A DNA stretch of 64,000 nt from Bdellovibrionales bacterium (GCA_027317865.1 DAHVQG010000007.1:32001-96000), one strand, 5' to 3'. Counted from the first letter of the stretch, positions 43,497 to 53,110 are shown. Notes: a model not told the origin generated them from the sequence alone. Made by a program: numbers and translations.

Positions 43497-45973
43497 GCTC
43501 GTGCTCCAAGGTGGCGTGCCAGTCGCAAAAGATCAGCAAATACTCCCGCGGCTGTCACCTCAGGACCGGCTCCGGGCCCTTGAACAATAAGCGGTTGTTT
43601 GTCGTATCGCTTGGTGCGAAATGCGATCATGTTGTCGCTGCCCGTGACGCGCGCAAACGGGTGTGTTTTTTCAATGACACGCAGTTCAGCCGTTGCGCGA
43701 CTTTCTCTTACATCTAGCGACCCTACAAAACGGAGTACGCCGCCGGTTTCTTGGGCCAGTTTTCGGCGGCTCGAAATTTCAGCATCGAATTCAGAAAGAC
43801 GCGCCATGAATTCCTCGACGTGGGCCACCGAACGGAGCGCGTCGGGTACTAGCGATTTCACTTTCACATTATCCAATTCAATTTTGATATTTGCTTCGCG
43901 TCCGAGAATGACAATCTTTCTTGCGACGTCCAAGCCGCTTAGGTCATCGCGCGGATCGGGCTCGGTGTAACCTAATTGTTTGGCCTCAGCCACAATTTCT
44001 GAAAAACTTGCCGTGCCCAATTGATATTTAGAAAAAATGTATGACAAAGTACCGGAGAGCAGACCCTCAATCGAGATCAATTCGTCGCCGGTTTGTAAAA
44101 GATCGCGCAATGTGGAGATAACAGGAAGACCCGCGCCCACTGTGGCTTCATACATAAAACTGCGATTACTAGCTAAAATCGATTTTTGTATTTCGGAGTA
44201 GCGGGACCAACTACCCGCTCCGGCCTTTTTGTTCGGCGTGATGACGTGAATACCGGCACGCAGCCATTGCGAATAATAATCAGCGACGTCGTCCGAAGCC
44301 GAGCAATCGACAATCACGGCATGAGGCAAGTGATCCGCATGAACGTGGGCCACGAATTGTTCAAAATCGGCCGGCAACTCACGTGCGTCGGTAAAATTTA
44401 TTTCATCTGCGAGCCGCATCGTTTTGGAGTTCGTCACGGCGCGCACGCGAAAATCGGTGTTGAATTGGCTTCGAAGTGTTTGGCCACGCTCCCGTAGCTG
44501 CCGCAAAAACGCTTGGCCGATGGAGCCGGTGCCGACGACCCCAACCGATAAGGTGAAGTCCGAAAGATAAAATGCCGCGTGGGTCGATCGCAGTGCACGA
44601 ATTGAATCCGCTTCGTCAATGACCGCCGAAATGTTCCGCTCCGATGAACCTTGGGCTATTGCGCGAACATTGACGCCGGCATGACTAAGGGCTGAAAAAA
44701 ATCTTGCCGAAACGCCTTGCTTTTTTACCATTCCGTCACCGACGAGTGCGACGATGCTGCACGAACGAGTAACGGAAATTGTTTGAATGGCTCCGTGGCG
44801 CAACTCCGAATCGAATTCTTTTTCTAAAGTGGATTTTGCGCGGTTAACTTGATCGGCTGAAACCGCGACACAAATCGAATGTTCGGAGCTTGCTTGCGAT
44901 ATCAAAATGACGCTGACGCCGGCTTCACGTAAGGCGCCAAAAAGTCGTTGGGCAATCCCGGGCACGCCAATCATTCCAGTGCCTTCGACATTGACCAGGG
45001 CTATGTGGTCAACCGTGGTGAACCCGCGCGCGCCGGCCGAATTTGTAGTTTTGTGAATGACTGTTCCAGGTTGGTTGGGTCGAAATGTATTTTTGATCCA
45101 AATCGGAATTTGCAAATCGATGGCCGGAGCCATCGTCCGTGGGTGAATGACTTTCGCGCCAAAATAAGCAAGCTCAACGGCCTCTTCGTATGACAGTTCA
45201 TCGAGTCTTCGCGCTTCACTGACCTTTCGTGGATCGGCGCTGTACACGCCGTCAACATCGGTCCATATTACGATTTGCTTGGCTTTTATGAGTCGGCCAA
45301 AAATAGACGCCGAATAATCACTGCCGTTTCGTTTGAGTGTGGTGGGTACCCCTTCGGCGGTTGAGGCGATAAATCCAGTGACCACCATTCGTTCGCTCAA
45401 ACCGGCAAGACGATCGAATCGAACTTGCGATTCTTGCCAATCGATTTGGGGCCCCGTTTCGCTGTGGGTAACGACTAGGATTTTTCGCGCATCGACCCAA
45501 CAGGGATTAATATCGCGTTGTCTAGACCCCCATGCGGCCGCCAAAATACGCGACGACCAAAGTTCGCCATAGCCTGAAACGAGATCGAGCGTCGAGTCCG
45601 GTAAATGCTTTGCGAGCCAAACACCGCGTAAAATATCACCCAAGTCTTTAAGATCGCTTTCGAATATCTTTGTGAAATTGGCTAAATCGTTGCCATTTAG
45701 CATCCGCGCACTGGTCACACGGTGCAATTCCGCGATTTTGTTTAAACCCGTCTCAAATTGAGAATTTTGTTGGGAAGCGAATTGGGCGGTGTTTATTAAT
45801 TGATCAGTCACGCCGGACATAGCCGATACTACAACGACGAGTTTTTCGTTTCGCCCGGCTCGCAAATGCTCGGCCGTCAAAATATCGAGGACCTGGTTAA
45901 AAGCATCGACCGAGCCGACGCTTGTACCACCAAATTTGTGGACTGTAGAGAAGCCGTTTACGAGTGACGAAAT
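43493..45973 (-). CDS. thrA: Bifunctional aspartokinase/homoserine dehydrogenase I (proposed ATT start)
   Basis: KFGGTSV (upstream of the ORF-track start), VVVSAM, GSDYSA, TDVDGV, two ACT domains, GTGSIG, NKK, EPDPRDDLSG.DVARK, GAGPEVTA. Confidence 0.93.
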   Translation of the reverse strand: MSSLVNGFSTVHKFGGTSVGSVDAFNQVLDILTAEHLRAGRNEKLVVVVSAMSGVTDQLINTAQFASQQNSQFETGLNKIAELHRVTSARMLNGNDLANFTKIFESDLKDLGDILRGVWLAKHLPDSTLDLVSGYGELWSSRILAAAWGSRQRDINPCWVDARKILVVTHSETGPQIDWQESQVRFDRLAGLSERMVVTGFIASTAEGVPTTLKRNGSDYSASIFGRLIKAKQIVIWTDVDGVYSADPRKVSEARRLDELSYEEAVELAYFGAKVIHPRTMAPAIDLQIPIWIKNTFRPNQPGTVIHKTTNSAGARGFTTVDHIALVNVEGTGMIGVPGIAQRLFGALREAGVSVILISQASSEHSICVAVSADQVNRAKSTLEKEFDSELRHGAIQTISVTRSCSIVALVGDGMVKKQGVSARFFSALSHAGVNVRAIAQGSSERNISAVIDEADSIRALRSTHAAFYLSDFTLSVGVVGTGSIGQAFLRQLRERGQTLRSQFNTDFRVRAVTNSKTMRLADEINFTDARELPADFEQFVAHVHADHLPHAVIVDCSASDDVADYYSQWLRAGIHVITPNKKAGAGSWSRYSEIQKSILASNRSFMYEATVGAGLPVISTLRDLLQTGDELISIEGLLSGTLSYIFSKYQLGTASFSEIVAEAKQLGYTEPDPRDDLSGLDVARKIVILGREANIKIELDNVKVKSLVPDALRSVAHVEEFMARLSEFDAEISSRRKLAQETGGVLRFVGSLDVRESRATAELRVIEKTHPFARVTGSDNMIAFRTKRYDKQPLIVQGPGAGPEVTAAGVFADLLRLARHLGARA

Positions 45974-47128
45974 GTGTCCCTCCTCGGGAAGTTAGACACT
46001 TTTACAAAATGTCCAAAGTCTAGACGGTTTTTCGGTTTTTGCGAAGTAAATTGAAGACTTGGCTTCGATACAATGGCTCGGCACGGGACTTGTACAAGTG
46101 AAGGGTATGGGAGACCCGCAATTAGAGGATGAAACAGGCGAGTCCCCCTAAGCGAGGGAGTTATGAAAGGAAGAAGTCGAAAGCCACAGAGCTTAAAAGT
46201 AGTAAGATTCGCAGTTGTCGCACTGGCAATTGCTAGTCTTGCGGCATTTACGACGGCTTGTTCAAAGGGCGTAGGGAGTTCGAATAATAGTAATAGTAAC
46301 AACAATGGTAATACTGGCAGCAGCGGCACCGTTGTTTCGACAACTGGTGCTCAATCTCCGACACAAACGGTTTTAAAAGGAACAGGCGGCGGTCAAGCCC
46401 CTTTAACTTTTACTAGCCAAACGGCACTCGATCAATACGCGGGCTGGAGCCCCAATTCACCAATGAATGGTGCTATCGGCGTAAACCTTGTGAAATTGGC
46501 CACTCTTAGTAATGGTGCCGGTGGTTACGACTACGAATTTGGCGGAGCTGTTACCATTGCCTTCACCGACGGCGCAAATACCTACTATGATACTTTTAGC
46601 TCGCACTTACAGGGCGGCCCCAACACAGTGAATTCAGACGTGCAAAATAACCGATACAATTTGATCTCGGTGCTATATCCGGCGTCAGGTTCATATCCAG
46701 GTAAGCTGCCGGCCTATCATGGATTTTTTCAAGGCACCACGTACTGCATAATGGGCAATGGCTCGTACTCCTATGCATTGTCTCCTGGTGAAACTTGCTA
46801 CGGCGAAACCTTCGGTGGAGCGGTAATTCTCGTTATGAATCAAATGGGATTCAACGCCGACGGTGAAGGTCCCACGACGGCAAGTGGTTCGGTTTGGTTT
46901 TACAATTTTACGACGGGTTACGGTGCGGCGCCATTACCCGGTACGAGCTGCTGGTTTATTACGCTTGGCCCCTATCAATGCGGTTCATTCTTTAACGGCG
47001 GCGATTCGATTCAAACAAAAAGTTCGCTCTATCCGACCGTTACAACACCGGCATCGGAGCCGCCTATCACGTATACGGAATTGGGCACGTTCACGGGTTT
47101 GAATTTAAACGAAGCTTTGAACGGACAA
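45964..47128 (+). repeat. Copy 1 of a diverged ~1.17-kb duplication (promoter region plus lipoprotein gene)
   Basis: Colinear with 53111-54280 from GTGAC...CCCTCCTCGGGAAGTTAGACA to GAAGCTTTGAACGGACAA. Confidence 0.93.
46079..46094 (+). promoter_or_regulatory. Candidate sigma-54 (-24/-12) promoter of the lipoprotein operon
   Basis: CGGCAC-GGGAC-TTGT versus consensus TGGCAC-N5-TTGC. Both boxes are conserved in the island copy (53225-53239) while the spacer has diverged. Confidence 0.5.
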
Positions 47129-47137
47129 TTACAATAA
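46163..47137 (+). CDS. Orphan Gly/Thr/Asn-rich lipoprotein (paralog A)
   Basis: GAGGGAG RBS, lipobox-like TTAC, low-complexity linker, four further Cys. Confidence 0.85.
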   Translation: MKGRSRKPQSLKVVRFAVVALAIASLAAFTTACSKGVGSSNNSNSNNNGNTGSSGTVVSTTGAQSPTQTVLKGTGGGQAPLTFTSQTALDQYAGWSPNSPMNGAIGVNLVKLATLSNGAGGYDYEFGGAVTIAFTDGANTYYDTFSSHLQGGPNTVNSDVQNNRYNLISVLYPASGSYPGKLPAYHGFFQGTTYCIMGNGSYSYALSPGETCYGETFGGAVILVMNQMGFNADGEGPTTASGSVWFYNFTTGYGAAPLPGTSCWFITLGPYQCGSFFNGGDSIQTKSSLYPTVTTPASEPPITYTELGTFTGLNLNEALNGQLQ

Positions 47138-47153
47138 AACGCGAGGGTTTTAT

Positions 47154-47780
47154 ATGGAGAAATCAAAAACAATAAAATTCTTAAGCGCAGTAGCGATAGC
47201 TTTTGCCTTCATCACCGGGTGTTCGCACTCGAGTAACAACACGAATCCCTACGGCTATTACAACAATAATGGTTGGTGGGGAAGTCAATACGGCGTTCCC
47301 GGTATGCCTGGTTACAATGGCTATACAACGGGATTTGTTGGCGCAGGCATTGCAACTTCAGGTCAAGCCATGGTTATTTTGGATTTCGCCGCGAACACTT
47401 CTACAGGTATTGCCACTAATCAAGCCTCTTACGTGACCGGCCAATTAGATGTATTTGGTGGCATACCTTGCGCGGCCGGTGGCGGCCTACCCGCCGGGGT
47501 TTATCAGCTTATGCCACCTAATGGCAACGCGAGCCCGAACGGAGAATTTGACGGTTCGCTCGGTCAAAATATTACGTTGATCGCGAATGGCCCGGTTCAG
47601 GCTCAAATTGTAGTACCGGATGCTTATATCGCTAATGGGACACGCGTGTGTAGTCAATTTCCGGGCATGACCGGCTACCTGGATGTCGATGAAGTCGCTG
47701 AAGGCGGGTACGGATCTGTGTACTGCGGCGCAAGCGTCGGTTTTACGGATCAAGTTCAAACGGGCCAATATTGTCAATGA
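47154..47780 (+). CDS. Orphan Gly/Tyr-rich lipoprotein
   Basis: GAGGG RBS, lipobox ITGC. Confidence 0.8.
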   Translation: MEKSKTIKFLSAVAIAFAFITGCSHSSNNTNPYGYYNNNGWWGSQYGVPGMPGYNGYTTGFVGAGIATSGQAMVILDFAANTSTGIATNQASYVTGQLDVFGGIPCAAGGGLPAGVYQLMPPNGNASPNGEFDGSLGQNITLIANGPVQAQIVVPDAYIANGTRVCSQFPGMTGYLDVDEVAEGGYGSVYCGASVGFTDQVQTGQYCQ

Positions 47781-47788
47781 GGTGATGT

Positions 47789-48538
47789 TTGAAAATCGTA
47801 AAACGGGTCGACTCAATGATGCACAAAATTCTCGCGGTTGCGGCACTGGTTGCAACCGTAGTATTTGCCGGCGGCTGCGCCTATCAGTATCGCACGTCGA
47901 CGCCGCAAATTTCGTCGTCCAATTTGGCGAGCCTCTACGATTGCATTCTCGCCCAAAGTTGTAGCACTTCGAATACGGGCACAAATTCTTCGACTGGATC
48001 TTCGTCAACGACAGTCAACCCGACGGGTGCAACCTCGAGTACTCAAGGGCTTTTAAATCAAGACCAAACCGCACTCGCATTTTATGCTGAAAGTGACTCC
48101 TCACGGCCGGTGTGGAGCGTGCTCGCTTTTAACGACATGGGCCTTTTATCTTCGCAATGGTCGTCAAGTTCTGGGATGCCCCAACCGGTTTTCGCTGAAA
48201 GTTCTGGTCTACAGCACGTCGACGTCATTTTTGTCGATGGATACAATATTGATAGTTCGGGCAACCCCATTCGCAGTTTTGAGCTACTTATGAAATTTAT
48301 CGATAGCCAGGGTAACATTACGTATTCAGTTTGGGATAGCATCCCTGGGACGACGAGCTTTTCAAACGGACTTTTTGACGTCGAAATGAATCCGGTTCAA
48401 GGGACGGGACAACAACTTTGGCTGCAGTCTAGTGATATTAACTCTAGTCAAGAGTTTAATGCGTCCATACAACTTCAAGTTTTCGACGCTAATGGTAACC
48501 CAGCCGGTCAAATCTCAACAATGACGGGCTTCGAATAA
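47789..48538 (+). CDS. Orphan Ser/Thr-rich lipoprotein
   Basis: GAGGTG RBS, lipobox-like AGGC, S/T linker. Confidence 0.78.
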   Translation: MKIVKRVDSMMHKILAVAALVATVVFAGGCAYQYRTSTPQISSSNLASLYDCILAQSCSTSNTGTNSSTGSSSTTVNPTGATSSTQGLLNQDQTALAFYAESDSSRPVWSVLAFNDMGLLSSQWSSSSGMPQPVFAESSGLQHVDVIFVDGYNIDSSGNPIRSFELLMKFIDSQGNITYSVWDSIPGTTSFSNGLFDVEMNPVQGTGQQLWLQSSDINSSQEFNASIQLQVFDANGNPAGQISTMTGFE

Positions 48539-48746
48539 ATCTAATTCTTGATCCGTAATCGCGGACGCCGGAATTAACTGATTATTGACTTGATTGCGTC
48601 AAATTAAACTGGACTCTTCACAAAAGGTCGATCTTCATGTTTAATAATAATGCCTCAGTAAATAACATCAATTTAATCTCATATTTATTTGAAGGTGCAA
48701 ACTGCGCAAGGTGTGTGCTATTTTGCCAATTCGTTTATAGGAGGGT

Positions 48747-49631
48747 GTGATGTTGACCCATTGGGTGGATTTTTTCGACGAACTTCAAAATGTGCGGGGG
48801 CGGTCTCCAAATACCGTGATGGCCTATCGTCGCGATCTCGAACTCTATGAGGAATTTTTGAAGTCGCGCAAAAAAATCGAATTGTTCTATGAATTTTTAG
48901 GTAAAAAGAATTTGGGTGTGCGCTCGCAGGCGCGGGTGATTTCGAGCGTGCGGACGTATCTCAAATTTTGCGAACGTCACGGCGAAAAGGCCCCACACCT
49001 TCGCCAATTGCGGCTGCCAAAAGTGCGCGTGTCTTTGCCGAAGCCAACGACATTTGCAGAGTTTGAAAAACTGTATCGCGCGTGTGACGGTAGTGATGCT
49101 TACACAACGGCCCGCAATCGAGTCGCATTGCTGCTTCTTTTCGGTGTCGGTTGCCGCGTCAGTGAATTGATTGCACTCGATGTTTCAGACTTCAACGTGA
49201 CTGAAGGATGGCTTAAAGTTTTAGGCAAAGGCAACAAAGAACGTTTGGTGCCGCTAACCAAATTCTTGCAAGACGAGCTTGAGAGTTATTTGCGCAAAGC
49301 CCGCGCCAAACTTTTGCGTAAGCCGAAAACCCGCTCCATAATCGTGAACGATCGTGGACATCGGCCGAGTCGCGTCGACATATGGCGCTGGTTTCGAATG
49401 TGGTCGAATGCGGCCGGGTTATCCAAAACCATTAGTCCGCATAAGCTCCGTCATGGATGCGCGACTTCACTCCTCGAAGGTGGAGCGGATTTGCGATCGA
49501 TTCAAATGTTGCTTGGCCACGCGAGCATTCAAACCACGCGCATTTACACGAATGTCTCAGTTAAAAAAGTCCGTGATGAAATTGATAAGTACCACCCACT
49601 TTCCGGATTGCGGATAGACTCGGATACATAA
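48747..49631 (+). CDS. XerC/XerD-type tyrosine recombinase
   Basis: S.NT..AYRRDL, GCRVSEL, GKGNKER.VP, SPHKLRHGCAT.LL.GGADLR.IQ.LLGH..I.TT.IY. Confidence 0.92.
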   Translation: MMLTHWVDFFDELQNVRGRSPNTVMAYRRDLELYEEFLKSRKKIELFYEFLGKKNLGVRSQARVISSVRTYLKFCERHGEKAPHLRQLRLPKVRVSLPKPTTFAEFEKLYRACDGSDAYTTARNRVALLLLFGVGCRVSELIALDVSDFNVTEGWLKVLGKGNKERLVPLTKFLQDELESYLRKARAKLLRKPKTRSIIVNDRGHRPSRVDIWRWFRMWSNAAGLSKTISPHKLRHGCATSLLEGGADLRSIQMLLGHASIQTTRIYTNVSVKKVRDEIDKYHPLSGLRIDSDT

Positions 49632-49666
49632 ACCGCTATTTTCGCGTACGGTGATACCCTCCGGTC

Positions 49667-49681
49667 TGGCAAGTTGTTTGC
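49667..49681 (+). promoter_or_regulatory. Candidate sigma-54 promoter upstream of comM
   Basis: TGGCAA-GTTGT-TTGC with exact GG-N10-GC spacing, 15 bp before the ATG. Confidence 0.5.
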
Positions 49682-49696
49682 TTATGTAACTCGGGC

Positions 49697-51199
49697 ATGA
49701 GCTTTTATTCGTTTTACCGCAAGGGTCTTGATTTAGAACCCATAGAAATTGAAGTTACATTGTTGCCGGGTGTTCCGGCCTTTCATGTGACCGGCCTTCC
49801 GGATGTCGCGACCAAAGAAAGCGTCATGCGAATCAAGGCCGCGCTTCGTCACCAGGGGTTTCAACTCCCCAAGCGCGATCAAGTGCTTTTTAATTTGCGG
49901 CCGAACCATGAGCGTAAAACGAGTCAAGGGCTTGATCTCGCTATGGCCGCTGCATACCTGTGGGAGACGAGTCAAATTCCCGAATTTGCGGGATGCGTTC
50001 AACATTCATCGTTCGGAACAGTAAAAGATTCGCGATTATTCTTATATGGCGAACTGGCGCTCGATGGCCAGGTCACAATGCCTGACGATTTGGACTTACT
50101 CGAATCTATGCGGCCGAACGACTATCTTGTTACCGGTGAGGGCGATTGTGCGTTGGCGAGAGGGGTAGTTCGCGATTTGCGTTCATTGCAGTCAATTGAG
50201 TGGCGAGAAGGTCAGTTTAACCCGCCTGATCTCGAAGTCGACCGGCAATTCGACCATCTCAGTTTTTGCAGAAGTGCTGCCGACATTTTAGCGATTATAG
50301 CGGCGGGTGAACATAATTTATTTATCGCCGGGCCGGCTGGGTCCGGCAAAACTACTTTTGCGCGGATTTTGCACACTTGTTTGCGGGTGCCGACCGATTC
50401 GGAGTGGAGGCGAATAGAAAAAATCGAAAAAATTGCCGGCCGTACGGTATCGTCTGCAACAAGTAATTGTGAGCGGTTACTCAAATCACGTTCGCGGCCT
50501 TTTGTTTCTCCGCACCATTCAGCCAGCGAAATCGCCATACTCGGTGGAGGCGTACCGGCATGTGCCGGTGAAATTACCCGTGCTCAACACGGGGTCTTGT
50601 TGCTCGATGAGTTTTTAGAATTTGAACCGTCGGTCGTTGAGTCATTGCGAGAACCGATCGAGCGTCATGAAATCACATTGCTGCGCAAAGGAGTGAAAGT
50701 GACCTTTCCAGCTGACTTCCTTCTAGTGGCGACGACGAATTTGTGCCCATGCGGCGATTTTGTACCTGGCGACGTGCGAAAGTGCTCATACAGTCAGACA
50801 CGTTGCCGCTCATTTTATCAAAAATTAACCGGACCACTCCTTGATCGTTTCGAAGCGGTTTGTTTTACGCAGCAGTGGACGCATCAGCAAGATGAAGATG
50901 TCGCGCAAGTGCGCGAACGCGTGCGCGAAGCGCAATGTTTTGCACGTAAGACGCGCGGGCAAACAATTATGAATTCGCGTTTGGAGCTTGAAGCGCTTGA
51001 GGCAATGGTTCCGCCATTTGTTATGAACAACATGTTGCCTGAAATTCCGCCGTCGCGCCGCCGCCGTCTGGCTCTATTGCGTGTGGCCCGAACAATTGCC
51101 GATTTAGATAGCAGTCCGGACATCTGTACGGAGCATCTTCACGCTGCGGGTCAGTTGACATTGCGGCCGTTTCACGAATTTCGACACGCATTTATTTGA
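49697..51199 (+). CDS. comM: ComM/YifB Mg-chelatase-like AAA+ ATPase
   Basis: GLPD...KES..RI, GELALDG, GPAGSGKT, PHHSAS, GEIT.A..GVLLLDEF, N.CPCG, RVARTIADL. Confidence 0.88.
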   Translation: MSFYSFYRKGLDLEPIEIEVTLLPGVPAFHVTGLPDVATKESVMRIKAALRHQGFQLPKRDQVLFNLRPNHERKTSQGLDLAMAAAYLWETSQIPEFAGCVQHSSFGTVKDSRLFLYGELALDGQVTMPDDLDLLESMRPNDYLVTGEGDCALARGVVRDLRSLQSIEWREGQFNPPDLEVDRQFDHLSFCRSAADILAIIAAGEHNLFIAGPAGSGKTTFARILHTCLRVPTDSEWRRIEKIEKIAGRTVSSATSNCERLLKSRSRPFVSPHHSASEIAILGGGVPACAGEITRAQHGVLLLDEFLEFEPSVVESLREPIERHEITLLRKGVKVTFPADFLLVATTNLCPCGDFVPGDVRKCSYSQTRCRSFYQKLTGPLLDRFEAVCFTQQWTHQQDEDVAQVRERVREAQCFARKTRGQTIMNSRLELEALEAMVPPFVMNNMLPEIPPSRRRRLALLRVARTIADLDSSPDICTEHLHAAGQLTLRPFHEFRHAFI

Positions 51200-51285
51200 T
51201 TCGTTGACCGGCGACCCCCATTTTTGCGATAAGTAGAAGTTCAAACGCAATGAGAATTACTGCGTGATCCTTATGCGTAGTTAAA

Positions 51286-51359
51286 GGTGGCGTAGCCAAG
51301 TGGTTAGGCATCGGTCTGCAAAACCGAGTACGGCGGTTCAATTCCGCCCGCCACCTCCA
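51286..51359 (+). tRNA. tRNA-Cys(GCA)
   Basis: GGTGGCGTAGCCAAGTGGTTAGGCATCGGTCTGCAAAACCGAGTACGGCGGTTCAATTCCGCCCGCCACCTCCA: anticodon GCA, U73 discriminator, encoded CCA. Confidence 0.97.
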
Positions 51360-51661
51360 AAAGAACGCGTCGGAAGTTCCGATGCGCAAAAAGTAAGCAA
51401 AGAATAAATATAAGTAATAATTTTAAACAGTTGGCGAGAAGGCGGTCTCTGTGGTCATTTTTCGATTATCACGCAAAATAACGCGAAATAACTCGATTTG
51501 CGGCATTCGCGTAGTTTTTGAGCGTAGTTGGCGGAGTGTGTACTACAAGTTTTGGTGCTGTTTGGTGTGCTTAGTGGATTTTGTATCTTTGTGCTATGGC
51601 GAAGAAGCCGCAGAACTATTGCAGAGTTTAAAAAAAGTGACGACGAAATAATTTTAAAAAT

Positions 51662-52189
51662 CTAATCGGATACGAAAACAGTCGATGATGGCCCGTGCCA
51701 AGTAACCTGCCAGCGCGACAAAATATCTCGACCAATGAGCACGCCAAAGTTTTGATGCACCATTGGGTTTTGAATTGCGGCATTTAAATTGAAGCTCGGA
51801 ATATGAATCGAAGAAATTTGCAAGTTTTGAATGCCCTTCAATGGTGTGTTGATAAATGCTGCGTCAACGACATAAAAATTTGATTCGCGAAAACCATTTG
51901 CTGTCGCATTGCGACCTTTGCCAACGGAAATCAATCCCAAATGTGTCGCAAGGGATTCGTCGATTGCTGTAGAGCTTGCTCCGGTGTCCAAATGTGCCAT
52001 CACGGGAATTGCTCGACGTGGCACGGGATTTTTACTTGCGACAAATGCGGTGGCCGTTGAAACTTCAAGCAAAAAATTTAGGCCAAGTAATTGTAGGGGC
52101 ATTTGCGATATATGGTGCGCGACCGCTGTGCCAGGCGGAGGAGGTGGTATAATATTAACGCCAAAATTGAAGGTATGAAAGTGCGCCAT
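51662..52189 (-). CDS. Retropepsin-like (clan AA) aspartic protease
   Basis: Catalytic LDTGAS and C-terminal LIGRDIL. Confidence 0.82.
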   Translation of the reverse strand: MAHFHTFNFGVNIIPPPPPGTAVAHHISQMPLQLLGLNFLLEVSTATAFVASKNPVPRRAIPVMAHLDTGASSTAIDESLATHLGLISVGKGRNATANGFRESNFYVVDAAFINTPLKGIQNLQISSIHIPSFNLNAAIQNPMVHQNFGVLIGRDILSRWQVTWHGPSSTVFVSD

Positions 52190-52196
52190 TATCTGC

Positions 52197-52442
52197 CTAG
52201 ACAGCTGAGCGCAGGTAATTTATTTGTTCGTTTTCAGCAAGGACTTGCTGGATAATGAACTGACCAGGTTGAAAATTTGCGGCAGCAAATTCAATTGCTT
52301 GTGCAAATTGGTCGTAGACGCCCTTCACTTTTTCGTCATGTATCACAACGAATTTGTGTTTGTAAGCTGGGTCGTTAAGCCATCCCGATAGATGAGATTG
52401 AAAGTAATTAAAATTTCTGTCTTTTGAAGGATCGTTTGCCAT
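52197..52442 (-). CDS. Small protein (DUF5678-like) upstream of the aspartic protease
   Basis: AAGGTGG RBS; KFVVIHDEKVKGVYD...A...A pattern; 7 bp from the protease gene. Confidence 0.6.
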   Translation of the reverse strand: MANDPSKDRNFNYFQSHLSGWLNDPAYKHKFVVIHDEKVKGVYDQFAQAIEFAAANFQPGQFIIQQVLAENEQINYLRSAV

Positions 52443-52513
52443 ACCACCTTATTATCACACATTTTCTTGCCTAGCCAACATGAGAAAAGTTCCGGCGTTT
52501 CATTTTGCGACAA

Positions 52514-52900
52514 TTAAGGTCTAAGGCCTAAAACAGCGCAGCAAAGCGCCAATGGCCCGCTCGACTCGGTAGCCTCTGATAAAGGATTCCCTTCACGATC
52601 ATAAATCGTAAATTTTACGTTATAACTTGTTTCAGATTGCCATTTCATGAGTACCCGATAGCCAATCTTTCTATGAATCAGACGCTCAATCAATATATGC
52701 TCTGAATTAAAATCTGTTGAGAATTTGGGCAGCGGATCAACTCGCGCGCCGTCTGGCTTTTTCCACCCTCCATACATACGTGGCGAAATTTCATTTAAGT
52801 TTGGCTTCATGGGTTCGGGGGGCCAGCCAAGAAAATCATTGGCGACTTTCTCATCTAATTCTTTGCTAGGATTCATGCTGGCGACCTCACATAATGACAA
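52514..52900 (-). CDS. Phage ABA-sandwich-like domain protein
   Basis: ELD..VA...LGW...P.FSTD...PLALC.A.L pattern; true start probably the internal ATG after GAGG. Confidence 0.65.
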   Translation of the reverse strand: MSLCEVASMNPSKELDEKVANDFLGWPPEPMKPNLNEISPRMYGGWKKPDGARVDPLPKFSTDFNSEHILIERLIHRKIGYRVLMKWQSETSYNVKFTIYDREGNPLSEATESSGPLALCCAVLGLRP

Positions 52901-53110
52901 ACTTAGTCGGTTATAATTGGGATGTTTTCCGCACTTGGAGATAGCACTCTACATGGTAATGCGAAGCTGGGCGAGAATATAATTTTTGGTTACACAGGCG
53001 GCATTGATATCGTGGATCGTGAAATGGGCAACGCGAGAAATACTTCGCGTTGTTGCGGCGTTATGGCGATGAGTTCGTACAGGTATGGAGAATTCACGTT
53101 CATGCAAAAC

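Noticed and set aside
48747-49631. Tyrosine recombinase as the island integrase
   Set aside because: It has XerC/D size and motifs and lies on the host side of tRNA-Cys beyond an intact comM, so it is more likely the chromosomal Xer. No convincing dif site was seen.
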